Positions 44,419 through 58,400 are shown, numbered from the stretch's first letter. The stretch is DNA of 64,000 bases from Nemertoderma westbladi (GCA_032718475.1 JAUCBJ010007250.1:1-64000); one strand, 5' to 3'. Translations and numbers: made by a program. Notes: generated by a model not told the origin, from the letters alone.

Positions 44419-45042
44419 TATACCGGGTGTTCCACAATGATTGCCCCCCCCCCCCCCCCAGGCCAGCCAAAACTACCAGACATGCACCTTAGTGTACTAT
44501 ATCATTCGAAAGATAATTTATTTCTGAGCTTGCATGCAAAAATTTAGGGCCCAATACAAAAGTATAAAAATTTTATAGGCAATTCTTTAAACCGATCTTA
44601 CTTTTCAATATTTGTGATTTAATCACAATTAAAAAAATATATAATTTATCCAGCGTTAGTCATCAGCTTTACAGCCATGTTTCCCCTTTGCAGCACGGGG
44701 AGCTCCTCGATAGTGGCAAAGGATGTTGGCCCTTAAAAGGTCCGTTTTGGTTTGAGTTCAGTTTGATTATGCCACAGAATCACGACCCTCTCTAAATGTA
44801 ACATCTCTAATCCTGTCAACCATACGTTTTTCTTCAGAGTCATCGAAGATTGTACTGCAACTTGTCATTTGAATTACTTTTGTTAGGCCTAATTCAGTAA
44901 AATTACAAAAGAATCACTAATACCGGTAACGTAATAACTGTAATATATTGCAATACAGCAAAACTGTTTAAACAGGTTGCAACCTGCAAAGCTAATAATG
45001 ACTAACTAACGCTGGATAAATTTTATTTTATTTTTAATTGTC
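44419..45042. mobile_element. Non-autonomous DNA transposon remnant (Tc1/mariner-like end), right end truncated
   Basis: TA-CCGGGTGTTCCA end. Internal inverted repeat ACAATTAAAAA..ATTTATCCAGCGTTAG (~44626-44660) vs CTAACGCTGGATAAAT..TTTTTAATTGT (~45006-45041). Confidence 0.5.
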
Positions 45043-45044
45043 AA

Positions 45045-46345
45045 TTCGTCAAGGAGACTGCCTCTCTCCTTTATTATTTCAATTATTTATCAACGAGGTT
45101 TGAAGCTGAAATAGCTTGCTCTGGCATTGATTGTATTCAAATTGGTTCTTTGAAATTATTTTTGCTTTTGTACGCCGACGACGTTATCCTGGTTGCAGAT
45201 ACTGTACATAATCTGCAGATTTCATTGGATGTTCTAGAAAATTACTGCAAATACTGGTTACTGTCGGTTAATCTAGATAAAAGTAATATAGTAATATTTC
45301 GAAAAGGTGGAGGAGTGAGCAACAGTGAGAAGTGGACATATAAGGGAAATAATATGACGATCGTAAATTGTTACACATATTTGGGTATAGATTTCAGTCA
45401 GTTTCACGGGGAAATTTAATACTGCGCAGAAAAGCCTTGCAAATAAAGGGGAGAAAGTGTATTTCTCACTGATGCGGTACTTGACGTTTTTTCCTAACAT
45501 AGCTTTTCTTTAGCAAATTACCTATTCTGTTGCCTAGTCAAGCCGATTTTAACATATGGTTGTGCTGTATAGGGTTTTAATTCCGGTCCCGATGTTGAAC
45601 GAGTTCATTTAAAATTTTTGAAAAACTTTCTAGGTGTCAAACCGTCGACTCCAAATTTTATTGTATATGGCGAGACTGGTGTTTTCCCGTTACAATTGGA
45701 CCGCAAGTTACAAATTATAAAATATTGGTTAAAAATCTTAAAACTTCCTGATATGCGACTAGTTAAACAAGCATACCACATGCAGCTGTCGGATATACTT
45801 ATCAAAAATTCGAAAAACTGGGCATCTCAAGTGCGAGACACTCTTAATTCGATCGGCCTATGTTGGGCTTGGAATCTTCAAGATGTGCAGTGTAACGGCC
45901 AATTTCTTAGAGGTAAAGGAACGATTATACTCGCAGTATATTCAAATCTGGTGGTCTGCAAAACACTTGTCTCCCAAAGGTGCGCTTTATTTTAAGAACT
46001 TGTATGCAACGGATCCATATTTAAATAATTTGAGGGCGCATGTAACCTTACGTAGACTTATAGCCCGGTTACGCTGTTCTTCCCATACGCTTTTAATAGA
46101 GTACGGTAGATGGTATAACATCCCCCGGGAGCGTAGACTCTGCCGTCTCTGTCACAAAAATGAAGTGGAAGATGAGTATCATTTCCTACTGGTTTGTAAC
46201 CGTCTTAAAGAAATAAGGAGAAAATATTTAGGGGTTTATTTTTTGTTTAATCCTGGAGTAAATAAAGAACACGAACTTGTTACTACCAAATCACAGGTGA
46301 AATTACTGAACTTAGGAAAATTTATTCTGTACGCAAATAAATTAA
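45045..46345 (+). pseudogene. 5'-truncated LINE RT and C-terminal CCHC region (RTEX/L2-like)
   Basis: RQGDCLSPLLF, LLYADD, YTYLG, GRWYNIPRERRLCRLC..EDEYHFLLVC, with frameshifts and stops. Confidence 0.85.
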
Positions 46346-46500
46346 CCCTATTAAACCCGGGGGGGGGGGGGTCAATATGACCTCCCCGTGGATTTTTTAT
46401 TATAATTCTGAAACAAACACAGTTGGGAATCTGAAATTTTATGACTTTTCCTAAAAATCTATTGTCTTCCTAGTAGTGAAAACCGTTTTCAAAAATGCAA
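46342..46500. mobile_element. Terminal fragment of a TTAA-type (piggyBac-like) non-autonomous element
   Basis: TTAA-CCCTATT..CCGGGGGGG terminus. No partner end found. Confidence 0.35.
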
Positions 46501-47135
46501 GTGTGTCTCCTTGGAGGACTCCCCATAATACTTCAAATGGTTCTGTGTCACCATCAACAAAGCAGCCTTAACTGCATTCTTGGCCACTGTAGTCTGTTGG
46601 GACTCTTTCTGCGCCTTATAGAGGTTATTTCGGCACATATGAAGTTTGTGGTCATTAGTTTTTTCCTGTTTCGAAGGTATACAGGAACTGTTTCTGCAGC
46701 TGCTAACTTAACTGCTTCTGTAAAGGCAGTATATAGCCCTCACAGTAATCTGCCACCTCAGAGGCAAGAACCTCATACCTGTTGCTCAGCTGTAGTGTGA
46801 AGCTGGATCTCACACTTGGCTGTTGCAACAGAGAGGACCAGTCATGCCGCGGCAAGGCAGATTTCGTTGTTCTGCTAGCACGCAGACTAAGTCTTACCTT
46901 GGCCACAATAAGGCGGTGATCACTGGAGAAGGGTCGAAGTGTAAATGCATTACAGTCTTGTATAGATCTCCTGTATTTCCTATGAAACAGATTATGGTCT
47001 ATCTGGGACTTGTGACCACTGGGACCACTATGAGTCCATAGCTTTCCAGTTTGATTCTTGAACTGGGTTCCAGTTGAAAACAATCCATTTCCAGAGATAA
47101 AATCCCGAAGATGGATGGAATTTCGGTTTACAAAT
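46500..47135 (-). pseudogene. RTE-clade LINE endonuclease fragment
   Basis: LWTH..PSGHKSQIDH..SSDHRLIVAKVRLSLR. Confidence 0.75.
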
Positions 47136-47424
47136 CTTTTTCAAATCTGGGCAAATCATATTCCTATAATCATGTTGGAATTATGTTCGTCTCAATAGGA
47201 ATTAAATTCGCTTTTGAAAATGTTAGATTGGAACTATGTTAGTGCTATGCATCACAAGCATTGCCAGTTATGCTTTAATGACAATAATCGCTGTATTAGA
47301 GTTATGTCATATTCGTAAGAATATCAACTCAATCCACTAGGATGCATTGATTTTGGGTGAATGAATGAATTCATATTATTATAACTATCATTGGGTACAG
47401 CTTAGGAAAGCCAGCAATACCATT

Positions 47425-47505
47425 CAGGTAGTGATGGGATTGAACTGATGACTTTTAGGTGGGAAGTCTGATGCTCTAACCATTCTGCTAGCAGTAGCGG
47501 CTCGG
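47425..47505 (-). mobile_element. tRNA-derived SINE head remnant
   Basis: Minus strand TAGCAGAATGGTTAGAGC (A-box) and CAGTTCAATCCC (B-box). Confidence 0.45.
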
Positions 47506-48066
47506 GGTAGACCTAGAAATACTACCTGATTCCATGTACTCTATGTACACAATTTACGTCCTCATGGCTTCCCATCTATCAGTACCAGTTGTATTTTTCT
47601 ATGGGTGTAAGTGCCCTGTCTAACTCCCACTATGTGATGGTGCTCTGGTCGCACAAGTTCTACGCAAGTCCCCATATACTGATGGAGCAACAATCTGCAT
47701 TGGAAAAATGCTTTATATCACTGAAAAGAGGGGAAACTCTGTAATACTCGTTCCAAAAACCACTTATTCCCCAACCAGGTCTTCTGTGGTGTCCATATCT
47801 GAGACATGGATTCAGTCTGCCAGCCTTCCAATAGGCATAGTTAATTGGAGCGCTCTAGCCAAAGAAATTATCAGACAAGTTGCTGGTCGACCTGAACACA
47901 TGGCTTGGATCATCGAAAGGTGGGACCCAATCTCAGTGATGAGGAGGTAGCTGATGAAGTGTATGCAAAGGTTCTCCCTGAGGAGCTGAATGTGGGCATA
48001 CCACTGCCCAAGTTGGCCATCACGAAGCTCATAGTCCACAAGTTTATGAAGTTATCTGGAGTAGCG

Positions 48067-49177
48067 GGAAGCAGGACAATTCGGTCCCGGACAATTCGGT
48101 CCGGACAATTCGGTCCCGGACAATTCGGTCCCATTAATTTTGTGTTTTGGGACCGAATTGTGCGGGACCGAATTGTCCGGGACCGAATTGTCCGGATACT
48201 GACTAGGACAATTCGGTCCCAAAACATGCATATTAATGGGACCGAATTGTCCGGGACCGTATTGTCAGGGACCGAATTGTCCGGGACCGAATTGTCCAGG
48301 ACTGAATTGTCAGGGACCAAATTTAATTGGTACTATATAATGGTGAATGTTCTAGAACCGTAACATATATTATTATATGGTAGCTAGTGTTTTTTTTACT
48401 AGTTAGTATTTTTTTTTAAATAAAAAAAATTTACTTTTTTTGGTAACATTATTAGTTATGGTAGCTATGGTGTTTTATAGAGCTTGTGAATTATAGTATA
48501 TAGTATATATATAGTATATATATATTATAGTATAGCTAGTAATAGTATATATTTAAAATGTTTAAAACTGATTTTTTTTATATATTGCGTAAGTATACTG
48601 TATGTGTTATTGGTTGGTTAACAAGCCTAAATTATTATCCTAGATAATATCTGGATCTCATTCAGGGACTGTTATAATATCATCAATATTGTTGGTAATT
48701 GATATAATCAGCAACAGTTTAGGCCTAATTCTGAAATATCAATGTTTTTACAAGTGTTTTTATAATTTCAAGGAAATGCTAGCTAGTAAAAAAAAACACT
48801 AGCTACACCTTAATAAATAATATATAATAATGTTCTTGAACACTTACCTATAACAAAAATAAAAAAAATGCAGTATTTTTAAAATTTCAAAAAATAAAAT
48901 TCTAGCAAGTAAATAACACTAGCTACCATAACAAATATCTCTACTAATGTTCTAGAACATTCACCAATATCAAAAAAGCACTAAAAAGTTGCTATCAGGA
49001 ACCGGACAATTCGGTCCCGGACAATTCGGTCCTAGGACAATTCGGTCCTAGGATAATTCGGTCCCGGACAATTCGGTCCCATTTATTTAGTGTTTTGGGA
49101 CCGAATTGTCCTGGACCGAATTGTCCGGGACCGAATTGGCCGGACCGAATTGTCCGGGACCGAATTGTCCTACATCC
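48067..49177. mobile_element. Foldback-type non-autonomous DNA transposon (MULE-like) with 15-bp tandem subrepeats
   Basis: TIR GGA(A/T)G(C/T)AGGACAATTCGG. 9-bp TSD GGAGTAGCG at 48058-48066 and 49178-49186. GGACAATTCGGTCCC arrays in both orientations at both ends. Confidence 0.88.
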
Positions 49178-49538
49178 GGAGTAGCGATGTATGGAGATAC
49201 TTGTGGCAGAGTGGCTCATACAGTGCTAGTGGAAACAGTGTACCAACCTCAAAGATTCATTCAACTGTTGGTGTATTGTAATAATAATAATTGGTAATAA
49301 TAACAATATTGACAGTATATTAATAAAGTAAACTAAGTAAACCCTGTTGTTGTGGCTGTACGTACTATACTGCTATACTCAGTTATATGGATACCGGTAG
49401 GCATTGTTCTGACTGCCAGAAGGCAGAATGTGCATTAGATCCTGGAGGTAGGATAGTAACTACTAGGCCAATTCCTAAAAACTCTCATTCTAATCTCGAT
49501 ACTTTTGAGGGCAGATTGCTCTGTCAAAGTTGTAAAGT

Positions 49539-50927
49539 GTGGGCAACCGTGACCCACCTAACGCCAACAGCGTTCTGGAAGACGATTCATCAGACGAGGA
49601 TGAGTTGTCTCAACTTGAACCTGCCACTTCCAGGCTGGAGTCAGTTGGTCTATCGACCGACAATACGGAAAATCCCAAAGTTATTTACGAGCTGCTATGT
49701 TTTGTGCAGTTTCAAATTTCCTCAATGGACAAAACATCACTCGTTTCGGTTGTTTCAAATTTTTACTCCCTCTCTGAGGTAGTGGCTGCCAAAAGACTCC
49801 TCTTTGATGAAGCGGGTAAATGCGCATCCGCCGATCGTCCTCTGCCTGCGTGGGTGGGTCGGATGGGTAATAAAAAGAAAAAGGCCCACATTAACGATAT
49901 ATTTAATCTGTTCAATGAGAGCGCTTTTATCGATATCCCCACGAGACCTATATTTGTTGCGCTAAACACTTCTCGTCTACCCACTTCCGATAATTTGTCG
50001 GCTAAGGCAGCAGTTAGGGACGAAGAAGTACGTGACCTACGGGACCTGGTTATTTCGCTAAAAGAGAAGGTTTTGATCCACGACTCCCTATTGACCTCTT
50101 CTGTCTGTAGTCGGGAGGATTACTTGAAGCTAAAGCACTATGTTTTAAGTAACAATTCAGTCAACGTTGTGTCTGCTGGGGGAACTCCTGGGTCAGCTAC
50201 CGTGTGGAAACACCAAGTCGCCCCTCCTCCTCCGCCAGTGATCCTCGTTGATGGGGATACGGCGGACAGTCTGGATAATGCCCCGCTCCGGGCATATAGG
50301 GATACTCCGGGACCGGCTCCCGGCAATTACCCCCGTTCCAGAACCGGCCGGCCTCCGCAAGGCTATCGCTCTAGTGATGTTGGCGCCAACGTCTCGCTCC
50401 GCTCTCGGTCCACTGTACTCAACCATGATCTACCTTTACATTCAGGTTCTACTGGCGGTAATGCCGCAGCCGATTCTAATATTGATGAGGATGGATTTCG
50501 TCTCGTCCGTAATAAAAAGAAACGTGCGGCTCCGCGATTTGGGACAGGAGATTTCTCGTCTGGGGATTTTGCTGATCTCTCGCTGGGCTCACCCTCTCGG
50601 CTAAAGAGGTTCCAGAAAGGAAGGGATCAAATATTTGTATCGCGATTTAAGCCGCATGTATCTGCTGACTTGGTTAAAAACTTCTTATCTGATAAACTTA
50701 ACGTAGATGTGGACGTTGTTGAGAATCCTAATAAAATCAACAATTCGTATAACTCCTTTATTGTAAGCCCACCTGACGAGTCTTCCTTCTCTACACTCCT
50801 ACAGTTGGATTCATGGCCAAAGGGTATAATTGTTAAGCGCTTTTGGCCTGCGCCGCGTTCCGGCTTCGCCAAACCGACATCCTCACCGCCTTCGACCCGC
50901 AGGGTGGGTGAGTCACCAGTAGCCTGA
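49539..50927 (+). CDS. LINE ORF1 protein
   Basis: Lies upstream of APE-RT. ELLCFVQ N-terminal domain, coiled coil, DEDGFRLV, and RRM-like IFVSRF...YNSF..WPKGIIVKRF. Start codon uncertain. Confidence 0.75.
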   Translation: MGNRDPPNANSVLEDDSSDEDELSQLEPATSRLESVGLSTDNTENPKVIYELLCFVQFQISSMDKTSLVSVVSNFYSLSEVVAAKRLLFDEAGKCASADRPLPAWVGRMGNKKKKAHINDIFNLFNESAFIDIPTRPIFVALNTSRLPTSDNLSAKAAVRDEEVRDLRDLVISLKEKVLIHDSLLTSSVCSREDYLKLKHYVLSNNSVNVVSAGGTPGSATVWKHQVAPPPPPVILVDGDTADSLDNAPLRAYRDTPGPAPGNYPRSRTGRPPQGYRSSDVGANVSLRSRSTVLNHDLPLHSGSTGGNAAADSNIDEDGFRLVRNKKKRAAPRFGTGDFSSGDFADLSLGSPSRLKRFQKGRDQIFVSRFKPHVSADLVKNFLSDKLNVDVDVVENPNKINNSYNSFIVSPPDESSFSTLLQLDSWPKGIIVKRFWPAPRSGFAKPTSSPPSTRRVGESPVA

Positions 50928-51034
50928 TAGGTTGCTGATATGGTTCTGTTTTATATACACATTACACAGTATAACTTTTGCGCTCATATACTCTACAGTG
51001 AAACTCTTCATTGATCATAAACTTAACATTATCA

Positions 51035-53715
51035 ATGGCTATCCTAAACTCACTTAGAATATGCACTTATAACTGCAGTGGCCTGAATAATAACCCGGAT
51101 GTCATTAAGGCTTTATGTGACTCGCATGACGTCGTTTTTTTTACAGGAAACCTGGTTGGTGAAGCAAAAATTGCCCAAATTAAATTCGCTCCATAATGAC
51201 TTTTTTAGTTCGGGTGTATCTTCCGTCGATTTGGCTGATGGTCCATTGGTCGGCCGTCCTTTTGGCGGGTTGGCTGTTTTATGGCGCAAACATTTATCCA
51301 GTTCAATAAATATAGTCAATATTAATGAAAGAATTATTGGTTGTAACATTAAAAGTACTGACGGTTCTAACACTCTGTTACTGAATGTATATATGCCTTG
51401 TGAATCCGTTGATAATTTAGATTTGTATCTAGAGTTATTAGGTGAATGTTCTGCGTACATTGCTGAGCACCCTGGTTCTAAATGTGCTATTTTGGGAGAC
51501 TTTAATACTGCTCCCGATCGACCGTTTGGTAATGAACTGAAATTATTTTGTGATTGTTTTTCATTGATATGGTCTGATTTACATATTCTACCCGATGACA
51601 CTTTTTCATTTACCAGCCATGTACATGGCACAGTGTCGTGGTTAGACCACATCGTTTCCACCGCCGACTTTCATTCCTCTATTAGTAATATTACTGTCCT
51701 ACGTGATCTTGTTTATGATGAACATTTACCCGTCTCAGTGACTGTATCTTTGCTGCTTAGTGCGTCCACACCTGGCAGTAGCAATAACATCACTTTTTCC
51801 AATAACGCAACGTGGGATAAAGCCAGCGGTGAAAATATTTCAAAATATTCTCAAACTGTTGATGAACAACTACGTTTATTACAGTTACCCCTTTCTGCTT
51901 TAACTTGTTGTGATATTCATTGTGAGAATATTAACCATAAAATGTCACTAAATTCGTGTTATACTGATACTATTAATATTCTACATAGCTGTACATCAAA
52001 ATTTATTCCTCAAAAAAGGGGTAATTCAATCTCCAATTGCATTCCTGGCTGGAATGAGTTTATAAAAGAAAAGCGGGCTGCGGCGCAGGAGGCTTTTCAT
52101 ATTTGGTGCGAACAAGGGCGGCCTAGGTTTGCCCTTGTATGGGAGGTAAAGAAAAAAACGGCCGCGCAATTTAAATTGGCTCTCCGAAATTGCAAACGGG
52201 AGGAAGGTGCTTTGCGAGCAGATCGCCTAGCGGCTTCTTTTATTAACTCCAGAAAAGATTTTTGGAGTTCAATAAAGAAAGCAACAACTATTACAATGGG
52301 TTTAGCAACCTCTGTCGGCTCCGCCCACACTGAGGAAGAAATAGCCGATTTATTCAAATCTAATTATTATGATATTTTTAATTCAGTCCCTGTATCTGAA
52401 ATTGACTCTACTTTTGTGCAGTGTAAGTTTTCTGAATGGGACGGCTCCAATAATGTCCATATTTCTGCTGATAAGGTGAAAGATGCCATCAACGGTCTGC
52501 AGTGTGGAAAGGCTGCCGGGCCTGATGGCATCTTCCCTGAAAGTTATATTTTTGGCGGTAACCTTTTGCCAGTAATTTTGTGTTTATTGTTCAATTCATT
52601 TATAACTCATGGGTTTTTGCCTCAATCGTTAATTAATTCTAGTTTGTTGCCTATTATCAAAGATAAAAACGCTAGTATGAGTGAACGTTTGAATTACCGA
52701 CCCATAGCCAAAGCTACAGCTGGCTCTAAGGTTTTGGAAACGTGTTTGCTTCGGCTCGTTGCCATGCATTCCAATATATCTGACAACCAGTTTGGTTTTG
52801 CAGAGGGCCTAGGTACAGAAATGTGTATTTTTGCCTTAAAACAAACAATTCACTTATATATTAGTAAAGACTCACCTGTGTATACTGCCTTCTTAGACGC
52901 CTCGAAAGCGTTTGACCGCGTCAATCATAGTAAACTTTTTCGAAAGCTAATTGAACTTGGTGTTGTATTATTGGTATTGTAAGACTCTTGGCCTTTTGGT
53001 ATTCCCATCAACTAATTTATATTAGCTGGGGTTCTGCTTCTTCCGGTGCATTTTTGGTTTCAAATGGTGTCCGTCAAGGAAGTTTGCTCAGCCCCCTCTT
53101 ATTTAACATTTATATGAATGACTTAAGTGTAGAACTCAACAAATCTAATGTTGGTTGTAGAGTTGGAAAGAGTCTTTTAAATCACTTATTTTACGCAGAT
53201 GACCTGTGTTTACTGTCGCCGAGTATTTTTGGGTTACGTGCACTAGTCAAGATATGTGAGCGTTACGGCGCTAAATTTGATATTTTGTTCAATCCACTGA
53301 AATCACACTGTTTGTATTTTATGCCCTATCGTTTTCACCGTGCAGGCGACATCTATCTCAATGGAAAACCGTTAGAGTGTGTTAAGCAGGTTTCTTACTT
53401 GGGACACATTATAAGCTGTGACCTTTCTGATGAAGCAGACATAAATAAAATTAAATCTTCTTTATTTTGTCGAGGTAATTTGTTAGTTAGAAATTTCTCT
53501 CGGTGTTCTCTTGGTGTTAAACTATGTTTGTTCAAAACTTATTGCTACAGTTTATATTGCAGCTCTTTGTGGTCTATTTTCCGTGTTCAAACTTTGCGAC
53601 AAGTGAAAGTAGCCTATAACATGTGTTTTCGTCTGTTGTTTAAATACTCCCGCAGTGACGATGCAGACACAATTTTTGTTAATAATAGAGTAAATACCTT
53701 TAAGGCCATTATGCG
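51035..53715 (+). pseudogene. LINE ORF2 (APE endonuclease + RT) with two frameshifts, truncated by the Gypsy insertion
   Basis: TYNCSG, LQETW, GDFN, WLDH; GKAAGPDG, NYRPI, QFGF, LDASKAFDRV, GVRQGSLLSP, FYADD, YLG. Frameshifts at the T-run ~51135-51142 and at ~52970. Confidence 0.9.
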
Positions 53716-54239
53716 TGTTAAGGTCCGATATGAATCAAAATAAATTGTAAACTTTTATCTGACTAAGTAGTATATTTTCTAGATTGATCTAACCGAATAA
53801 TAAATATTATATCCTACAAACAGCTGTACTACGTTGTATAATCTAAGTAAAGGTCATATTACTGGATGGTGTAAGAGTCAATGTATCGAGATTTGATTAT
53901 CCCATTATAGTCATTTATATAAGGTATTTTTCCAGTGTTAATTACATTGCAATATAATTAAGGATTAAAGCAATATACACTTTTATTGACTCTTACACGA
54001 CACCCCTCGTTAAGAGCGGAGCTCATAATTTAAAATGCTATATGGAAATAAAGAACTTCCAAATAACATCCAAAAAATATATTTCTTATAACTAATATGG
54101 CCGCCTACTACGCCCGATTACTAAAAATATAATTATTCTGTAGGTTTAAACGAAATAATCAAATAATTATACCAAATACATTATATTAAGTAATTTGCAT
54201 GTGTGGAACAAACATATTATAATTAATTATGTATGAATG

Positions 54240-55416
54240 CTACTGAATTGGGAATTGAAAACGAACTTTCTTTATTGATTTTGTTTTGTCAGATATATGA
54301 TTTATTACGGGTTTGACCCTATCTAATGATATTACTTCATTTTTATCCCGTAATTTAATCGTAATAGTTTTTTCCTTGAGTTGTACAATTTCATATGGCC
54401 CTTTGTACAATGGATGCAGCGAAGACCGCTTAATAGGATCACGAATCCATACATGAGTAGCTTTTTGTAGAGATTTAGGAACGTAACCTTTATTTGAATA
54501 ATTTCTTCTTGGGGGAAGAAATTTGTCAACTTTTGCAAAAAGTTTTTGTACGAATTCTGGAACTGTTGGGGTATCTTTATGTGATTCTGGCTCAAAAAAT
54601 TGTCCAGGAAGTAACAATTCAGTTCCGTATAAGAGCTGAGCTGGCGAATTACCATGAATTCCTACGGCTGACCTTAAACCTAAAAGGACTAGTGGCAGTT
54701 CGTTATACCATGAAGAATTATTGCACTTCGCTCGCAATGAAGCTTTTAATGAGCGATGAAATCTCTCTACGAGACCGTTGCACGCTGGATGATAAGCAGT
54801 AGTTCTCGACCTATCAATTCCTAATTCTCGAATAAGCGCACTGAATAATCGAGACTCGAATTGTGAGCCACGATCAGTTATTATTTTTCGTGGAACGCCG
54901 TATCGACTAACCCACGATGTCAGAAAAGCGTTTGCAATACTATCTGTTGTAATATCACGTAGTGGCGCAACCTCTGGCCACCTAGTAAATCTATCTATGG
55001 CTGTAAATAAGTATTTGTATCCACACGATGAAGGGAGAGGACCTACAATGTCTATATGTATGGTATCAAGTCTAGAGTAAGTTGGTATAGATTCTATTGG
55101 CATATTAATTTTACGAGTTACTTTTGATACTTGACAATTAACACACTCATTAGCCCACTGTTTTATTTATTTATTCATCCCTGGCCAAATGTATCTACTA
55201 GAAATGAGGCACAATGACTCTTTCCAACCAGGATGTGCAAGGTTATGAATTGAATCAAATATTTCCCGTCTTAATTGCACAGGCAAATAGGGTCTTAAGT
55301 TAATGGATGTGTCATCATACATTACAAATTGGTTCTCATTTACCGCAATTCGTTTCAAAGGTAAATTGGTTGATTTAAAAAATAACAGTAGAGCCTTATC
55401 TTTTAACTGAAAATCC
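54240..55416 (-). pseudogene. Gypsy integrase, disconnected from the upstream pol by a frameshift/stops
   Basis: HNLAHPG and C..C zinc finger, HIDIVGP, TDRGSQF, NGLVERFH, YKGPY. Confidence 0.88.
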
Positions 55417-58400
55417 CTAATTCTCCGCTAATTCTCTCAAATTGTCAAATGAGATGGTTGAACAAGGTCTAGACAATGTGTCGGCTACGATATTGTCTTT
55501 TCCGGCAACATGTTTTATTTCACAATTAAATTCCGAAAGGAAAGATAGCCAACGGGACTGCTGTGGTGTCGGATTTTTCATATTTAAACAATGAACGAGA
55601 GGTTTGTGGTCAGTATATATTGTTATGACTTGTCCAAATAACCAATCGTAATGTTTGAGTGTTGTGTATATCGCCAGTAACTCACGGTCAAATGCAGATT
55701 TTTTACTTTCAGTGGATGTAAGTTTTCGTGAAAAAAATGCTAGTGGTTCAGATTTTCCTTCTACCATTTGATGCACTACAGCACCTACCGCCTGCCCTGA
55801 TGCATCTGTCGTTATGGTTAATGGAGCCCCGGGTGATGGAAATGATAATGTTACAGTTTGTTTTAATGCCTCTTTTAGCCTTATAAAAGCTGTATCTGCC
55901 TCCGGGGTAAATGAAAATTTTTCACTTTTCGATTTTGTGGACCTAGTTAGATCAGTAAGCGGAGCTGCAATAGATGAGAAGTTTGGAGTGAAACGGTGGT
56001 AAAAGCCACACATACCTAGAAACCTGCGCAGTGAGGATATGGTTTTTGGCCTTGGAAACTCGTCTATCGCTCTAATTTTCTCAGGGTTTGGACGAACGCC
56101 TGATTTAGTAACAATGTACCCAAGAAATAAAACTTCCTGCTGTATAAATGTACATTTGCTAATGCTAGCCTTAAGACCCCTTTCCTCTAATCGTTTAAGA
56201 ACCGTTTCTATGTCTTTATAGTGCTGTTCTATGTTTTCACTGGCTATTAATATATCGTCAATATATCCAATTGCAAATTTTAAGTTGTAGAGGGTTGTAT
56301 CAATTAGCCGCTGAAATGTTTGTGAGGCATTTCTTAATCCAAATGGCATTCGCCGAAAAGAAAACATACCAAATGGCGTGGTTATTGCAGTTTTTTTAAC
56401 ATCATCAGGCGCGACCGGTATTTGGTGAAAAGCTGTTTTCAAATCAATTTTTGAAAAAATATTACAACCTCTACAATTGTTTGTAATGTCTGCAATGTTT
56501 GGCATAGGATAACAATCCCGGACAGTCAATCGGTTCAATTTCCTATAATCACCACAGGGTCTCCAGCTACCATTGGTTTTAGGGGCAAGATGGAGAGGCG
56601 AGGACCAGCAGGATTCACTACGCTCTACTATTTTTGAGTTCAACAAATCATCGAATTCTTTAGTAGCTATTTTGAATTTTTCTCCGTACAATCTCCGTGG
56701 TCTAGAAAAACATGGAGGTCCGGTTGTTAAAATATGATGTTCGATATCATGTTTGACAGGTGCATCTAAGCTTTCTGACGCAAAAACTGATTTATATTTT
56801 TGAGTAATTTTATTTAAACGATTATCTGAGGTAATTCGATTAATATTCGGATGCCCTTTTTTATGACTCTTTTGAAAATATATATCTGACAAACATAAAT
56901 CAATTTTAGGAGGGCCTGAACATCCTATGAATTCATTTCCTACAGTAAAATCGTCTAAAGTAAGACCTACAACGCTACCCATAACACCTATAATGAAAAA
57001 TAATGGTAATATTTTAAAGTTATGAAGAAAATAAGCACAAGGGTAACACGAAGTTAATATCAGTAATAGTAATATCACATTATTTTTAAATGATGAAAAA
57101 TACCTACTATTACTTCTAAAAGATTCCCTCTTGTGAGTCGTATCACTTTCCTGAGAACGTTTTGGAATATGTTTAGAATTCGGTTGTTGTAATTTTGGAA
57201 TGGGTGATTGCTCACATGAGACATTCTTGACTTTGTTTACACATGAGACGGACGTCCTATTCATACTATTAAGATTGCGGAAGTATACCTTTCTATTTCT
57301 ACAGTCTATGTTAATATTGTAGTGTTGATGAAGAAAGTCTAAACCAAGAATTGGTTGACTTACATCAGCAACAATAAATGTCCATGAAAACAATTTATTG
57401 GATAGTTCCGGTATAGAAAAAGAAAGTTTACCTTTACCGTAAGATTTTATACTTGAGTGATTGGCAGCTGTTAAACTTTCAGAATTTGGTACTAATTCTT
57501 CTAAGTACATTTTGAAACATGGTGGCAAAATGGAGAGGTCACTTCCGGAATCTACTAATAATTCACCTATAGGTAAAGCTTGTACATGTATAGCGTTGAC
57601 ATCGCTAGTATTATTATAATTTTGATTTGAGTTACCTGGCATTGTTGAGCTTGCCTTAGAGAAATCTTTCCAGTTACATGGAGGTTCACACTTCGATGCC
57701 TCTTTACCGTAGGTGAAATGGTAGTAGCACCATGGCCCGGTTGGATTATATGAGCGAGATTCAGAACGTCGTCGGCTGGGAGTTCTTTGCCGACTTAGTG
57801 ATCGTTGTTGCCATGAACGACCTCTACCATCTTCTCGATTAGATGACATAGCTCGTAGCTGTGTGTTGATTTGGTTAATCTGATCAGAAAGCATCTGTTG
57901 CGATTGTACTAAGAGTCTTTGAGATTCTTGCAGGGCACCAAGTTCGGTAACGTGAGCAACTGGAAATAAAGATGATTGATCTGTTTTCGACTGATGCTGC
58001 TCCATCATCTTGTCTGCTGTTTCTGACAATCTTTCCAGGTTAAGGTCATCTAAAGTTGATAACACAATACTAATAGTGGGAGGAAGAATTTCAAGAAATC
58101 GCAATCTAACAACCTGCTCGTTGCCAGGTGCAAGACGCAACATCTGTCGCAAAGCCGCTGACGGTTTTCGATCGCCGAGCTCCTGTTCTGCCAGGAGTCT
58201 CCTTAAGCGTCTGTCATCACTATCGGCGAGGTGAGTGATGATGTTGCTCCGAATGATGTCAAAAGAATCCGTTACATTGACACCTGCATCTAATATTATC
58301 TCTGTAGGTAATGCTGCTAATAGATTCGATTTCATAGATGAATGACTGTGTCCCAGCAATACCGCTTCAACCTGGTGGAACCAAACACGTGCGTCTTTTG

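Noticed and set aside
47700-49300. ORFs 47905-48363, 47910-48320 and 48995-49297, and a possible CRE-like retroelement remnant flanking the MITE
   Set aside because: The ORFs derive from 15-bp repeats. The flanking similarity is too weak to call.
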